Shown here in pieces: positions 54,007-62,933 of a DNA stretch of 64,000 bases. Source of the stretch: Clostridia bacterium (GTDB lineage: Bacteria; Bacillota; Clostridia; Christensenellales; Aristaeellaceae); contig JAFXVR010000029.1 of NCBI GenBank assembly GCA_017534885.1, forward strand, positions 6,245-70,244. The letters run 5' to 3'. Under the pieces are notes generated by a model, which saw only the letters and a list, made by a program, of their open reading frames with translations, ran no database searches and had not been told where the DNA came from. Each line of letters begins with the position of its first letter. Within the stretch, counting starts at the first letter, position 1. The translations under genes and the position numbers were made by a program.

Positions 54007-54128
54007 AGCACAAACCGGCGGCAGGCGTCTCCTTTCAGGCGCCCGCGGCCGTCTTTGCGGACTTCGGCTTTGACGGGGTGAATGACGGCCTTGCCGTGTA
54101 ACCGATTGTGAATAAAGGAGGCCTTCCC

Positions 54129-55796
54129 ATGAACAATGAGCGCCGCACCTGGTGGAAAGAAGCGGTGGTTTACCAGATTTATCCGCGGAGCTTTGCGGAC
54201 TCCAACGGCGACGGCATCGGCGACCTGAACGGCATCACGGCGCACCTGGACTACCTGAAGGAGCTGGGGGTGGACGTGATCTGGGTCTCGCCCGTGTACC
54301 GCTCACCCAACCATGACAACGGCTATGACATTTCCGACTACCGCGCCATCATGGACGAGTTCGGCACCATGGCGGACTTCGACCGGATGCTCGCAGAGAT
54401 CCACGCCCGGGGCATGAAGCTGGTGATGGACCTGGTGGCCAACCACTCCTCCGACGAGCACGCCTGGTTTGTGGAGAGCCGCAAAAGCAAGGATAACCCG
54501 TACCGGGATTACTACATCTGGCGCGACGGCGTGAACGGCGGCCCGCCCAACAACTGGGGCTCCTGCTTTTCCGGCTCGGCCTGGGAGAAGGACGAACAGA
54601 GCGGCCAGTACTACCTCCACCTCTTCACCAGGGAGCAGCCCGACATGAACTGGGCCAATCCCGCCGTGCGCCAGGGCGTGTTTGACATGATGCGCTGGTG
54701 GTGCGACAAGGGCATCGATGGCTGGCGCATGGACGTCATCGGGATGATCGGCAAGGAAGGCTTTGGCGACGGCCCGGTGGGCCAGGGCGCGCTCTACGGC
54801 GACTTCGGCCCCTTCTGCATGCACACCGAGACCACCCACCGCTACCTGCGGGAGATGCGCCGGGAGGTGCTCAGCAAGTATGACCTGCTGACGGTGGGCG
54901 AAGCCGGCGGCACCACGGACAGCGCGATCCTCTACGCGGGCGAGAACGGGGAAGAGTTGGACATGATCTTCTCCTTTGAGCACAATGACGGCCTGAACGA
55001 CGGCACCGAGCTGGGCAAGTGGAGCGATCACGGCGCGCCCTTGAGGGATGTCCGCGCCGCCATGAACCGCTGGCAGACCGCCCTGCAGGGCAAGGCCTGG
55101 AACACCGTCTACCTGGGCAACCATGACCAGCCCCGGCAGGTGAGCCGCTACGGAAACGACAGCGAGCTCTTCCGGGCCCGCAGCGCCAAGATGCTAGCCA
55201 CCATGATCCACATGATGCGCGGCACGCCCTACGTCTACCAGGGTGAGGAGCTGGGCATGACCAACATTTACTTCACCCGCGTGGAGCAGTACCAGGACGT
55301 GGAGGTGCACAACGCCTGGAAGCAGTGGGTGGAATCCGGCCGGGTGGACGCCCAGGACATGCTGCGGTACTTTGCGCGCATCGCCCGGGACAACGCCCGC
55401 ACGCCCATGCAGTGGAACACCGAAAAGAACGCCGGCTTCACCACCGGCGAGCCCTGGCTGCCCGTCAACCGCAACTATCTCCTCATCAACGCGGAGGATC
55501 AGCAGCGCGACCCGGACAGCGTCTATCACTATTATCAGAAACTGATTGCCCTGCGCCACAGCCACGATGTGATCGTCTACGGCTCCTTTATCCCCCTGCT
55601 GGAGGATGACGAGAACGTCTACGCCTTCGCCCGCGAGCTGGACGGCCAGCGCCTGACTGTGCTCCTGAACTGGACCGACCGCACCGTCCCCTGCGCCATG
55701 ATGGACGAGGACCTGGGCCGGGAGCTGATCTCCAATTACCCGAGCCACAAGGCGGGGGTGATGCAGCCGTATGAGGCGAGGGTGATGTTGAGGTGA
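54129..55796 (+). CDS. GH13 oligo-1,6-glucosidase / alpha-glucosidase family enzyme
   Basis: WWKEAVVYQIYPRSFADSNGDGIGDL, DVIWVSPVY.SPN.DNGYDISDY, DLVANHSSDEH, GIDGWRMDVI, VGEA and LGNHDQPR are the canonical GH13_31-type blocks. The ATG at 54129 has an AAAGGAGG RBS. Confidence 0.9.
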   Translation: MNNERRTWWKEAVVYQIYPRSFADSNGDGIGDLNGITAHLDYLKELGVDVIWVSPVYRSPNHDNGYDISDYRAIMDEFGTMADFDRMLAEIHARGMKLVMDLVANHSSDEHAWFVESRKSKDNPYRDYYIWRDGVNGGPPNNWGSCFSGSAWEKDEQSGQYYLHLFTREQPDMNWANPAVRQGVFDMMRWWCDKGIDGWRMDVIGMIGKEGFGDGPVGQGALYGDFGPFCMHTETTHRYLREMRREVLSKYDLLTVGEAGGTTDSAILYAGENGEELDMIFSFEHNDGLNDGTELGKWSDHGAPLRDVRAAMNRWQTALQGKAWNTVYLGNHDQPRQVSRYGNDSELFRARSAKMLATMIHMMRGTPYVYQGEELGMTNIYFTRVEQYQDVEVHNAWKQWVESGRVDAQDMLRYFARIARDNARTPMQWNTEKNAGFTTGEPWLPVNRNYLLINAEDQQRDPDSVYHYYQKLIALRHSHDVIVYGSFIPLLEDDENVYAFARELDGQRLTVLLNWTDRTVPCAMMDEDLGRELISNYPSHKAGVMQPYEARVMLR

Positions 55797-55868
55797 GTGA
55801 GGAGCTGGGAGTGAGGAGTTGAAGCAGGTTGAAGGTTGGAGGTTGAAGGTTGTATGAGGGGGACGGAG

Positions 55869-56279
55869 ATGATTTTGGGGGCATTGCTTCAGGGGGCGCT
55901 TTGGGTCTGGTTTCTGGGGTGTGTGATCACTTACCGGATCGGAAGCAAACTGCTGGTGGAAGGGATGGGCGTCAAAAGCGCGGAGTTCGCCATGCTCTGC
56001 CTGTACAGCGCGGGGCTGGCGGCCTGCTGGCTGATCCGGCCGGCGGGGCGCTGGGTGCTGCTGGGGGTGCTGGCGCTCTGGCTGGCGGTGGAGTTTTTCT
56101 GCCACTGGTATTTCACCCTCTTCGGGGCCTCCGAGCGCAAGCTGAAGGGCTACAACGAGTGCTTCCGCGGCACTCTCCGCCTCTTTCCCATGAGCGACAC
56201 CCGGCTGGTGCCCGACCTGTACCACATCGTTCAGCACCTGCTGATTCTGGGCAATCTGGTTTATTGCCTGGCGGCGTGA
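55869..56279 (+). CDS. small hypothetical integral membrane protein
   Basis: Four hydrophobic segments. The start is uncertain (TTG 55836, ATG 55854 or ATG 55869); 55869 has a GAGGGGGA RBS. Confidence 0.4.
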   Translation: MILGALLQGALWVWFLGCVITYRIGSKLLVEGMGVKSAEFAMLCLYSAGLAACWLIRPAGRWVLLGVLALWLAVEFFCHWYFTLFGASERKLKGYNECFRGTLRLFPMSDTRLVPDLYHIVQHLLILGNLVYCLAA

Positions 56280-56321
56280 AGCGATCCGCCGCTGAACACA
56301 GAAAGGAAGCGCAGCGCGGCC

Positions 56322-57296
56322 ATGCGGTTCATCCCTTCCACAGAAATGAAGATCACCCTGGCGCCTGACCAGGCTGAAATGCTGTCCTCCGCCGAGACGA
56401 TCAGGGAAATCATCCGGGAAAACCCCGACCGGGTGATGGCCTTTGACATCTTCGACGGAGGTCAGCTGATCGGCTTTGTGCTGGTGGACCGCTTTGAGGA
56501 GCGGAAGTATTTCCTGTGGGAATACGCCATCGACACCCGCTTCCAGAACCGGCACAGGGGCACGCAGGCTCTGGCGGAGTTCATCGATCTGCTGGCCCTC
56601 CGCTATGGCGCCGCGGAAATCACCACCACCTACCTTTTCGGCAATGAACACGCGAAACATGTGTATGAAAAGGTCGGCTTTGTCGAAACCGACATGGTGG
56701 ACGAACCGGACTGCCACGAGGTGAACATGGCTTATGCTGTGGGGGAGGGACAGCGGGATGAAACCCGCGGGCAGACCGCGGGAAGCGCCCGGGTAATTGT
56801 TTCACGTGAAACATGCCGGTGTGATGGGTTTTGGGCGCGAAAATCGGCAGCCAGCATTCAACCGCTGGCTGCCGTTTGTGATGGGGAGATAGTGCATCAA
56901 ATCTGTGCGGCGTATTTGGCCTGCTGTTCAGAGGGAATGCCGATGGCGGACATGGCCTGCTCCTTGCTGAAGCCGAGATTCTTCATCAGGCTCCTCCGGT
57001 TTTCGAGGCGCTCTTTTTCGATGCCGCGGGTCTCGCCGCGCTTCTCACCGATGGCGATGCCGCGCCTTTCACCGATCATCATGCCCCTCGCCTCAATGCC
57101 ATTGCTCAGGTTGCACATCTTATTCATCACCTCCGTGATATCGGCCGTCATGGGAATGTGGCACTTTTCCTCCATGGCGTCCTTGCGGGCCTGCACCGGC
57201 CTGGTTTCGTCAAACAGTGTGTTCAGGAAGCCGATCAGCTCGTTGTCCTCGTTGGACGCGCCCAGATGGATCACGATCAGGCGCATCAGGTCGTAG
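56322..57296 (+). CDS. GNAT-family N-acetyltransferase whose ORF runs on ~180 codons past the domain
   Basis: The first ~145 aa carry GNAT features (IGFVLVD...YAIDTRFQNRHRGTQAL...HAKHVYEKVGFVE). The remainder is low-complexity sequence antisense to the Rpn remnant, so the true 3' end is uncertain. Confidence 0.5.
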   Translation: MRFIPSTEMKITLAPDQAEMLSSAETIREIIRENPDRVMAFDIFDGGQLIGFVLVDRFEERKYFLWEYAIDTRFQNRHRGTQALAEFIDLLALRYGAAEITTTYLFGNEHAKHVYEKVGFVETDMVDEPDCHEVNMAYAVGEGQRDETRGQTAGSARVIVSRETCRCDGFWARKSAASIQPLAAVCDGEIVHQICAAYLACCSEGMPMADMACSLLKPRFFIRLLRFSRRSFSMPRVSPRFSPMAMPRLSPIIMPLASMPLLRLHILFITSVISAVMGMWHFSSMASLRACTGLVSSNSVFRKPISSLSSLDAPRWITIRRIRS

Positions 57297-57350
57297 TCGG
57301 GCTGGCGGTACTTCACCTCGCCCAGGCGCTTTGAAAGCGCAAAGAGAAGG
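56897..57350 (-). pseudogene. C-terminal remnant of an Rpn-family (PD-(D/E)XK) recombination-promoting nuclease/putative transposase
   Basis: The tail MCNLSNGIEARGMMIGERRGIAIGEKRGETRGIEKER....LGFSKEQAMSAIGIPSEQQAKY is typical of this family. The N-terminal nuclease domain is absent, and there is no usable start or RBS. Confidence 0.5.
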
Positions 57351-57410
57351 CGGCACAACGATGCCGCCTCTCTCTTTGGCTGTGTAAACGCTGGTTTGGT
57401 TATCTGACGT

Positions 57411-58442
57411 TTATTTGTCAGCCGCATCCAGATCAATCCACAGCACAGGACGCACTGTAATGGTCGCATCATCATTTGGCGTGACATTTCGAGAGCCATC
57501 GCACATCACATTTTCCGGACGGCTTTGAAGCATACCAGCAGAGCGAAGCCACCATGAGGATGTTCCCTTTCCATTCGATTCATATCGTGTGCTCACATAT
57601 GCTCCCTGACTGATTGCGTATTCTGTCGCTGCACATTGACGGTCTTCCTCTGAAAGAAAGTATTGCCACGCTTCCTTGTAGCTCAGCAAGTAGATCTTGT
57701 CCTGCGTGTCCTTTCCTCTGCTGCCAAAGGCCATGGCCTGGTTTCCACCATTATCAACCCAAACGGTTGCTATAATGCTTTGTTCGTTTTCGTTGAAAGC
57801 TGAATCAAGGAATGTGTTGTTCAGCCAGCTGCGAAGAGAAGATTTCTCCCATGTCACACTGCCGCCGCCTGCATGAAAAGGCTTCGCATCTAATGCGTAC
57901 AGACTGATCATCAATGCGCGATTATCCTTTTGATCAAGCACGAGCCATTCGATTTCTTCAGTCCCGTTTGCCTCGTTTTGATCTTGTTCATATCGTCCAA
58001 AGGTTACGATATTTCCAATAGCATAGTGTTTTTTCAGCGATACGTATTCTTCTGGTTTCGTTCCCTTCGGGTAGCTTAACTCTGCAGTTTTGCTGTTACC
58101 ATCATACACGAAAGTGAAGCTTTGTCCGTCCTTATCAATTCTGGCAGAGAATACCCCATCCTCCATCGAGTATTCCCCAATAGAACATGAGTTTTGAGCA
58201 AGGTATGCGCTAAACAAGTCAAACTCCGCTGGTCCGATGCCAGAATAATACTGTATGACTGTGTCATCATCCTGCTTTACAACATTATCCGGCTCACGAT
58301 CAAGGGCTCTGGCCATGCTGGGCATCTCAACAGTCGTATACAACTCTCCAAAACTTGGGAAAAGGCCTTCTCCGTTCACTGAGTACATACAGCTGCAAAC
58401 CACCATCAGTACTGCAACTGCAACCATCTTCCGTTTCATCAT
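57411..58442 (-). CDS. secreted hypothetical protein with a DUF6273-like C-terminal domain, in a low-GC insertion
   Basis: Signal peptide MMKRKMVAVAVLMVVCSCMYS. The C-terminal pattern IEWLVLD...ALMIS.YALD...F.......W..S.LR.WLN..F...F...E...I.....DKIYLLS..EA......R......A...G......G....WWLRS is recalled as DUF6273-type. The GC content is clearly lower than in the flanks. Confidence 0.6.
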   Translation of the reverse strand: MMKRKMVAVAVLMVVCSCMYSVNGEGLFPSFGELYTTVEMPSMARALDREPDNVVKQDDDTVIQYYSGIGPAEFDLFSAYLAQNSCSIGEYSMEDGVFSARIDKDGQSFTFVYDGNSKTAELSYPKGTKPEEYVSLKKHYAIGNIVTFGRYEQDQNEANGTEEIEWLVLDQKDNRALMISLYALDAKPFHAGGGSVTWEKSSLRSWLNNTFLDSAFNENEQSIIATVWVDNGGNQAMAFGSRGKDTQDKIYLLSYKEAWQYFLSEEDRQCAATEYAISQGAYVSTRYESNGKGTSSWWLRSAGMLQSRPENVMCDGSRNVTPNDDATITVRPVLWIDLDAADK

Positions 58443-58505
58443 GAGTATTCCTCCTTTGCAGTGTTGTTAACATTATAACACATGGTGTGAAAAATGCAAG
58501 ACAAT

Positions 58506-59441
58506 TTACGTCGTCCTCTTTCCTTCCCCCCAAAACCACCTCTCCACCATCTCCTCCACCCCATCATCCCCCGCGTCCGCCCAGAACACTTCCTCCTCCC
58601 GGCGGAGCCAGGTCAGCTGGCGCTTGGCGTAGTGGCGGGTGTTCTGCTTGAGGGCGGCGGCGGCGGTCTCGAGGGAGGTTTCGCCGCGGAGGATAGGCAC
58701 GAGCTCCTTGTAGCCGATGGCCTGCATGGCCTGGCAGTCGGCGGGGATTCCGGCGGCGAGGAGGGCTTTCACCTCGTCCAGGAGGCCGGCGGAGAGCATC
58801 TGATCCACCCGGGCGTCCACCCGGGCGTAGAGGGTTTCCCGGGGGAGGCTCAGGGCGGCCACCCGGAAACGGCGGCCTGTGTCGGGCTCGGGAGGATTCA
58901 CCTGGGCAGAGAAGGGCTTGCCCGTCAGCTGGCAGACCTCCAGGGCGCGGATGACCCGGCGGACGTCGTTCACGTGCAGGCGGGCGGCGGTGGCGGGATC
59001 GGCTTCCGCCAGGCGGGCGTGGAGGCGCTCCCGGCCGCCGGGGCTGTCGGCTTCCGCCTGAAGCGCTTCCCGGAGGGCGGGATCGCCGGCGGTGTGGCCC
59101 ATGGCCATGGGGTGGCGCAGGGCGCGCAGGTAAAAACCCGTGCCCCCCACAAAGAGGGCGCGGCGGCCCCGGCGCGCAATGTCCGCCAGGGCTTCCTCAG
59201 CCAGGGTCAGCCACTGGGTCACCGAAAAGGGCTCGGCGGGGTCGGCCACATCCACCAGGTGATGGGGCACCAGCGCCTGCTCTTCCGGGGTGGGCTTGGC
59301 CGTGCCGATGTCCATGCCGCGGTAGATCTGCATGGAGTCCATGCAGACGATCTCCAGCCCGTGGCGCTGGGCCAGCCGCAGGGCCAGGCTGGACTTGCCG
59401 CTGGCGGTGGGACCGGTGAGGATGAAAACGGTGTTATTCAT
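58506..59441 (-). CDS. miaA: tRNA dimethylallyltransferase
   Basis: Start trimmed to MNNTVFILTGPTASGKSSLALRLA (P-loop). Also IVCMDSMQIYRGMDIGTAKPT and HHLVDV. The upstream 79 codons translate repeat C6. Confidence 0.9.
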   Translation of the reverse strand: MNNTVFILTGPTASGKSSLALRLAQRHGLEIVCMDSMQIYRGMDIGTAKPTPEEQALVPHHLVDVADPAEPFSVTQWLTLAEEALADIARRGRRALFVGGTGFYLRALRHPMAMGHTAGDPALREALQAEADSPGGRERLHARLAEADPATAARLHVNDVRRVIRALEVCQLTGKPFSAQVNPPEPDTGRRFRVAALSLPRETLYARVDARVDQMLSAGLLDEVKALLAAGIPADCQAMQAIGYKELVPILRGETSLETAAAALKQNTRHYAKRQLTWLRREEEVFWADAGDDGVEEMVERWFWGEGKRTT

Positions 59442-59476
59442 ACGAGGTGTTTTCTTTCCTGATTTGTTGGTGAGCA

Positions 59477-59650
59477 AAGGGGTTTCGCGCCAGCGGGCGC
59501 GACCAGAGGGCTTTCCGATCGCCCTCTGGACTCCTTCGGGCCCCTGCTTGGATGATTGACCAGGGGGGCTTTGCGGATTCAACGCTCGTTTCGCTCTGAA
59601 GGTCGCCACTGGCGACACGCGAAACTCGCGCCCCCTGCACCCCTTCGCCC
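59477..59650. repeat. family C elements (C6: a short form followed by a partial long form, reverse)
   Basis: AAGGGGTTTCGCGCCAGCGGGCGCGACCAGAGGGCTTTCCGATCGCCCTCTGG... is followed by CCAGGGGGGCTTTGCGGATTCAACGCTCGTTTCGCTCTGAAGGTCGCCACTGGCGACACGCGAAACTCGCGCCCC. Confidence 0.8.
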
Positions 59651-59698
59651 CCCCACCTTGATTTGAGACGTAAGTCAAACTAAGCTAACAGCTAAAGG

Positions 59699-61225
59699 CT
59701 AAAAGCTCCCCGCCAATCCCCCTTCAATCAGATAAAACACCGCCGTCCCGTCCAGCGCGACGGCGTCGTGGAGGGGGTCGAAGGGGGTGAGGGTCAGGGT
59801 GCGGGTGAGGCCGGTGCTGGTCTCGAAGGTCCACTGGGCGCGGGGCGGCTCGGTGGGCTGCCAGTCTTCGGGCAGGACGCCGGAGGCGGTGACCAGGAGC
59901 AGGCCTTCCCAGTACTGGCTGAAGGCCTCCCAGCTGATGGGCTCGCCGTTGCGGGTGACGCGGCCGGCGGGGGTTTCGTCCGCATCGAGCAGGCTGGCTT
60001 CGGAGAAGTCGGCGACGAGGTCAGCATCAGCGGAATCAGCGGTTATCCTGCCTTCAGCCGCATCAGACGCTTCTGCTTCAGCGGCGTAGCTGACCTCGTA
60101 GACGGTGGTTTCGCCGCCCTCGGTGATGGTCAGGCGCTTCAGGCTGCTGAGGCTGGTGAGCACCAGGTAGCGGGTGAGGGTGTTCCTGGCCTGGCGCGCG
60201 GAAAAGGTCTCGTGGCTGAAGCGGCTGGCGATGCCGATCTGGCCGCGGCAGCAGACGTAGTCCACCATGTCGGATTTCGCGCTGCCGATGAGCAGGGTGA
60301 CGCTCTCCTCCTGCCGGAGGCTCTCCCGGAGGCCGCCTTCGGCGTCGGGGGTGAGGACGGCGGCGGCGGCCATGTGCACGGTGACCGAAGCGCGGGGGCT
60401 GTCAAAGCCGTAGAGGCTGAGGTTTTCGGGGGTGGCGTCGCAGACACAGGCGCCCACGTGGAAGGTCTGCAGGCTATCCCGGAGGCTTTCGAGGCTCTCG
60501 CTGTCCGCCGGATAGCGGAAGGGCTCGGTCAGGTACCAGCGATCCGCCGCGTCCGGGTCGGTCACTTCGCCCTCCAGCGCCCAGACCCGGGTGCCGCTGG
60601 CGTCCGTGACCTCGATCCGGTCGATGCGGTTCTTCTCAATGCCCGGCTGCAGGGCGTCCAGCAGGTGGCTGTCGTCCACCATCAGATCCGTCACGGTGCC
60701 GGTGTCTAAGGCCAGCAGGCGGCTGTCGCCCCCGATCCACAGGTAGTAGGCGCCCTCCTCCCCGGGCAGGCGGCTGCCGACCTTCAGCGTCACCTGGCGG
60801 CCGTCCGTGTAGGTGAACAAGGCGGTCAACAGCGGCGTGTCCAGGCCGAATTCCTCCAGGCGCTCCTGCCAGGAGGCGTCCTCCACCAGCACCTCGGTCC
60901 AGCCCACGTTGCGGGCGGCGGCGAGAATGCCTTCCGCCGTGGAGGCTGAAACCGGCCGGCCGTCGGGCAGGATCAGCTGACCATCGGATACGGCGGCGCT
61001 CCAGGCGCTGCCGCCAAAGTCGATGCGGATGCCGCTGATGTCCTCCGTTTCAGCCGTCAGCAATAGCCCGTCGCTGTGGACGTCCTCCGCCTGGGGCTGA
61101 GGCGCGTTTTCGCCGCGCTGCCAGGCGTAGAGGCTGAGGCCCGCGATGAGCAGCGCCAGGAGCAGCAGGGCCGGGCGCAGCCAGCGGGGGGAGGAGTGGC
61201 GGTGCCGCTTGCGGACTTCCTGCAT
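59699..61225 (-). CDS. membrane-anchored hypothetical protein (DUF4340-like)
   Basis: I prefer the start MQEVRKRHRH (AAAGGA RBS). Single TM LRPALLLLALLIAGLSLYAW followed by a ~450-aa extracytoplasmic region. The family assignment is from memory only. Confidence 0.5.
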   Translation of the reverse strand: MQEVRKRHRHSSPRWLRPALLLLALLIAGLSLYAWQRGENAPQPQAEDVHSDGLLLTAETEDISGIRIDFGGSAWSAAVSDGQLILPDGRPVSASTAEGILAAARNVGWTEVLVEDASWQERLEEFGLDTPLLTALFTYTDGRQVTLKVGSRLPGEEGAYYLWIGGDSRLLALDTGTVTDLMVDDSHLLDALQPGIEKNRIDRIEVTDASGTRVWALEGEVTDPDAADRWYLTEPFRYPADSESLESLRDSLQTFHVGACVCDATPENLSLYGFDSPRASVTVHMAAAAVLTPDAEGGLRESLRQEESVTLLIGSAKSDMVDYVCCRGQIGIASRFSHETFSARQARNTLTRYLVLTSLSSLKRLTITEGGETTVYEVSYAAEAEASDAAEGRITADSADADLVADFSEASLLDADETPAGRVTRNGEPISWEAFSQYWEGLLLVTASGVLPEDWQPTEPPRAQWTFETSTGLTRTLTLTPFDPLHDAVALDGTAVFYLIEGGLAGSF

Positions 61226-61295
61226 GGATGATCCTTTCTGTTTGTCTGATGATAGTTTGGGGTGAAGGCGGTTTTTTTCTTTCATTGCATGAGTA

Positions 61296-61701
61296 CTACA
61301 GCTGGCTGGACACCATCTTCAAACCGGCAGGCAAGCTGAAAAGGCGATTACCTACTCCCTGAACCAACAGGAGTACCTGCGCGCCTTCCTCGACCACGGT
61401 GAGATCGAGATCAGCAACAACCAGGTGGAGAACGCCCTCCGCCCGACTGTGGTCGGACGCAAGAACTGGCTGTTCTGCGACACTCAGGCCGGAGCCAGCG
61501 CCAGCGTGATTGTCTTCACCGTGCTGAAAACCGCGAAGGCTAACGGGCTCAACCCTGAAGCCTATCTGAACCACTTGCTGGTCGTCCTGCCTGAACGGTT
61601 TGCCGGTGATTCTCAGGTAAAGGTGGATGACTTGATTCCTTGGAGCAAGGAGATGATGAGTAGGTTCCGGGCTTAACGTGGAGTTGTTGAGCGGTTACAG
61701 A
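61296..61701 (+). mobile_element. frameshifted 3' remnant of an IS66-family transposase gene with a possible right terminal repeat
   Basis: KAITYSLNQQEYLRAFLDHGEIEISNNQVENALRPTVVGRKNWLFCDT..GA.ASVIVFTVLKTAKANGLNPEAYL is the conserved IS66 C-terminal block. Upstream codons (YYSWLDTIFKPAGKLK) are in another frame, and the N-terminal ~400 aa are missing. GAGCGGTTACA at ~61691 resembles the IS66 GTAAGCG-type end. Confidence 0.6.
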
Positions 61702-61840
61702 TATTCAACATGTCAAATACGTTTTTCTTGCTTATTCTACCAGTAAATGAATCTCCGAGACTCTGTTGATCTGATCTTTCATCACCCTATGGTTTCCGTC
61801 TTAGGGTATACTTTATCAAGTGCATTCAGTTGATTGCATA

Positions 61841-62236
61841 TCATGAAGAAATTCGCTTATCGAACTTTCGCTTACAACTGGTTAGACAAATACCTGCTAT
61901 CAAAGCTTTATAAAGTATTTCCAAGTATAGATATGGTCTGACAATCTCTGCGACGAACCTAACCGCACAAAAAGACATAAACAGCAATTGCAGTATATGA
62001 ACAATCAATGAGACTACACTAAAACGCTTGTTGCTGACATTCACTCCAACAATAAGCACAAAATCAAATAGCAACACAAGCAAAATCACCATAAAAAGGT
62101 CCGATGAGAAAGGATCATCATAGCAGGAGTATAATAGCATAACGACGGATAAACAGATCGACAAAACAAAATAGACAGCTAAAACTATGATTGTAACTAT
62201 TCCGATTATTGCGCGTTTCATTAAACAATTAAACAT
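61841..62236 (-). CDS. small hypothetical membrane protein (low-GC island)
   Basis: Start trimmed to MFNCLMKRAIIGIVTII (GGAGGAG RBS). Four hydrophobic helices and AT-rich codon usage unlike the rest of the window. Confidence 0.4.
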   Translation of the reverse strand: MFNCLMKRAIIGIVTIIVLAVYFVLSICLSVVMLLYSCYDDPFSSDLFMVILLVLLFDFVLIVGVNVSNKRFSVVSLIVHILQLLFMSFCAVRFVAEIVRPYLYLEILYKALIAGICLTSCKRKFDKRISS

Positions 62237-62339
62237 CTCACTCCTCCACGGACAACCAATACAATGATTAGTCAGCGTAAACCTACGAAGAGTCTGTCTT
62301 CTGCGTCCTTGCGCGCAGCGACATATAATCTCAAATACA

Positions 62340-62933
62340 TTAACCATCTTGAACAATATCAAGTATATCACGAAAAATAGTATCCAGTGGCTTCGAAGTA
62401 CCATCTGTGTCATAGAAAACAGCATTAATGATCAGATCATTATTTCCGGCCTTAATCATCGACGTACAATTTCCCCAGGCTGCGGGTGTATGGATTGCGT
62501 AGATCAGACCAGCTCGATGATATATGCCTTGGCCTACTGTTTCAGGATATCTCTTGCCTGAAGCCGCCACCATGTACCTGAAGGCATCAAATATGCTCGA
62601 GTCTTCCTTTTCAGTATATCTCTCACCATCTCCGTCAGGAAAACGGCGCAACATTATAATATCTTTAGGGCTATTACCACTTGTCGTTGTATAATACCAA
62701 AGTATATTCGGATTGTCGTAAGCCTGCAGTAAATCGGACTCAGACAGTTTGTCCCAGTTATCAATGATCTTTCTATAATTCACTTCGTTATAGAGTGAAG
62801 GATCAATTATAAAAGTTCCGTCCATATATTTGCTATACAATCCTCTTCCAATTATCAGCAGGGCAAGAAACAACATCAATGCGACCAATTTATTCCTCAA
62901 ACGAGAATTTCCATTCGACCGCATACCGCGCAC
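62340..62933 (-). CDS. membrane-anchored hypothetical protein (low-GC island)
   Basis: GTG start with a GAAGGTG RBS. N-terminal anchor LVALMLFLALLIIGRGL followed by a ~160-aa soluble domain with no recognised motif. Confidence 0.45.
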   Translation of the reverse strand: MRGMRSNGNSRLRNKLVALMLFLALLIIGRGLYSKYMDGTFIIDPSLYNEVNYRKIIDNWDKLSESDLLQAYDNPNILWYYTTTSGNSPKDIIMLRRFPDGDGERYTEKEDSSIFDAFRYMVAASGKRYPETVGQGIYHRAGLIYAIHTPAAWGNCTSMIKAGNNDLIINAVFYDTDGTSKPLDTIFRDILDIVQDG

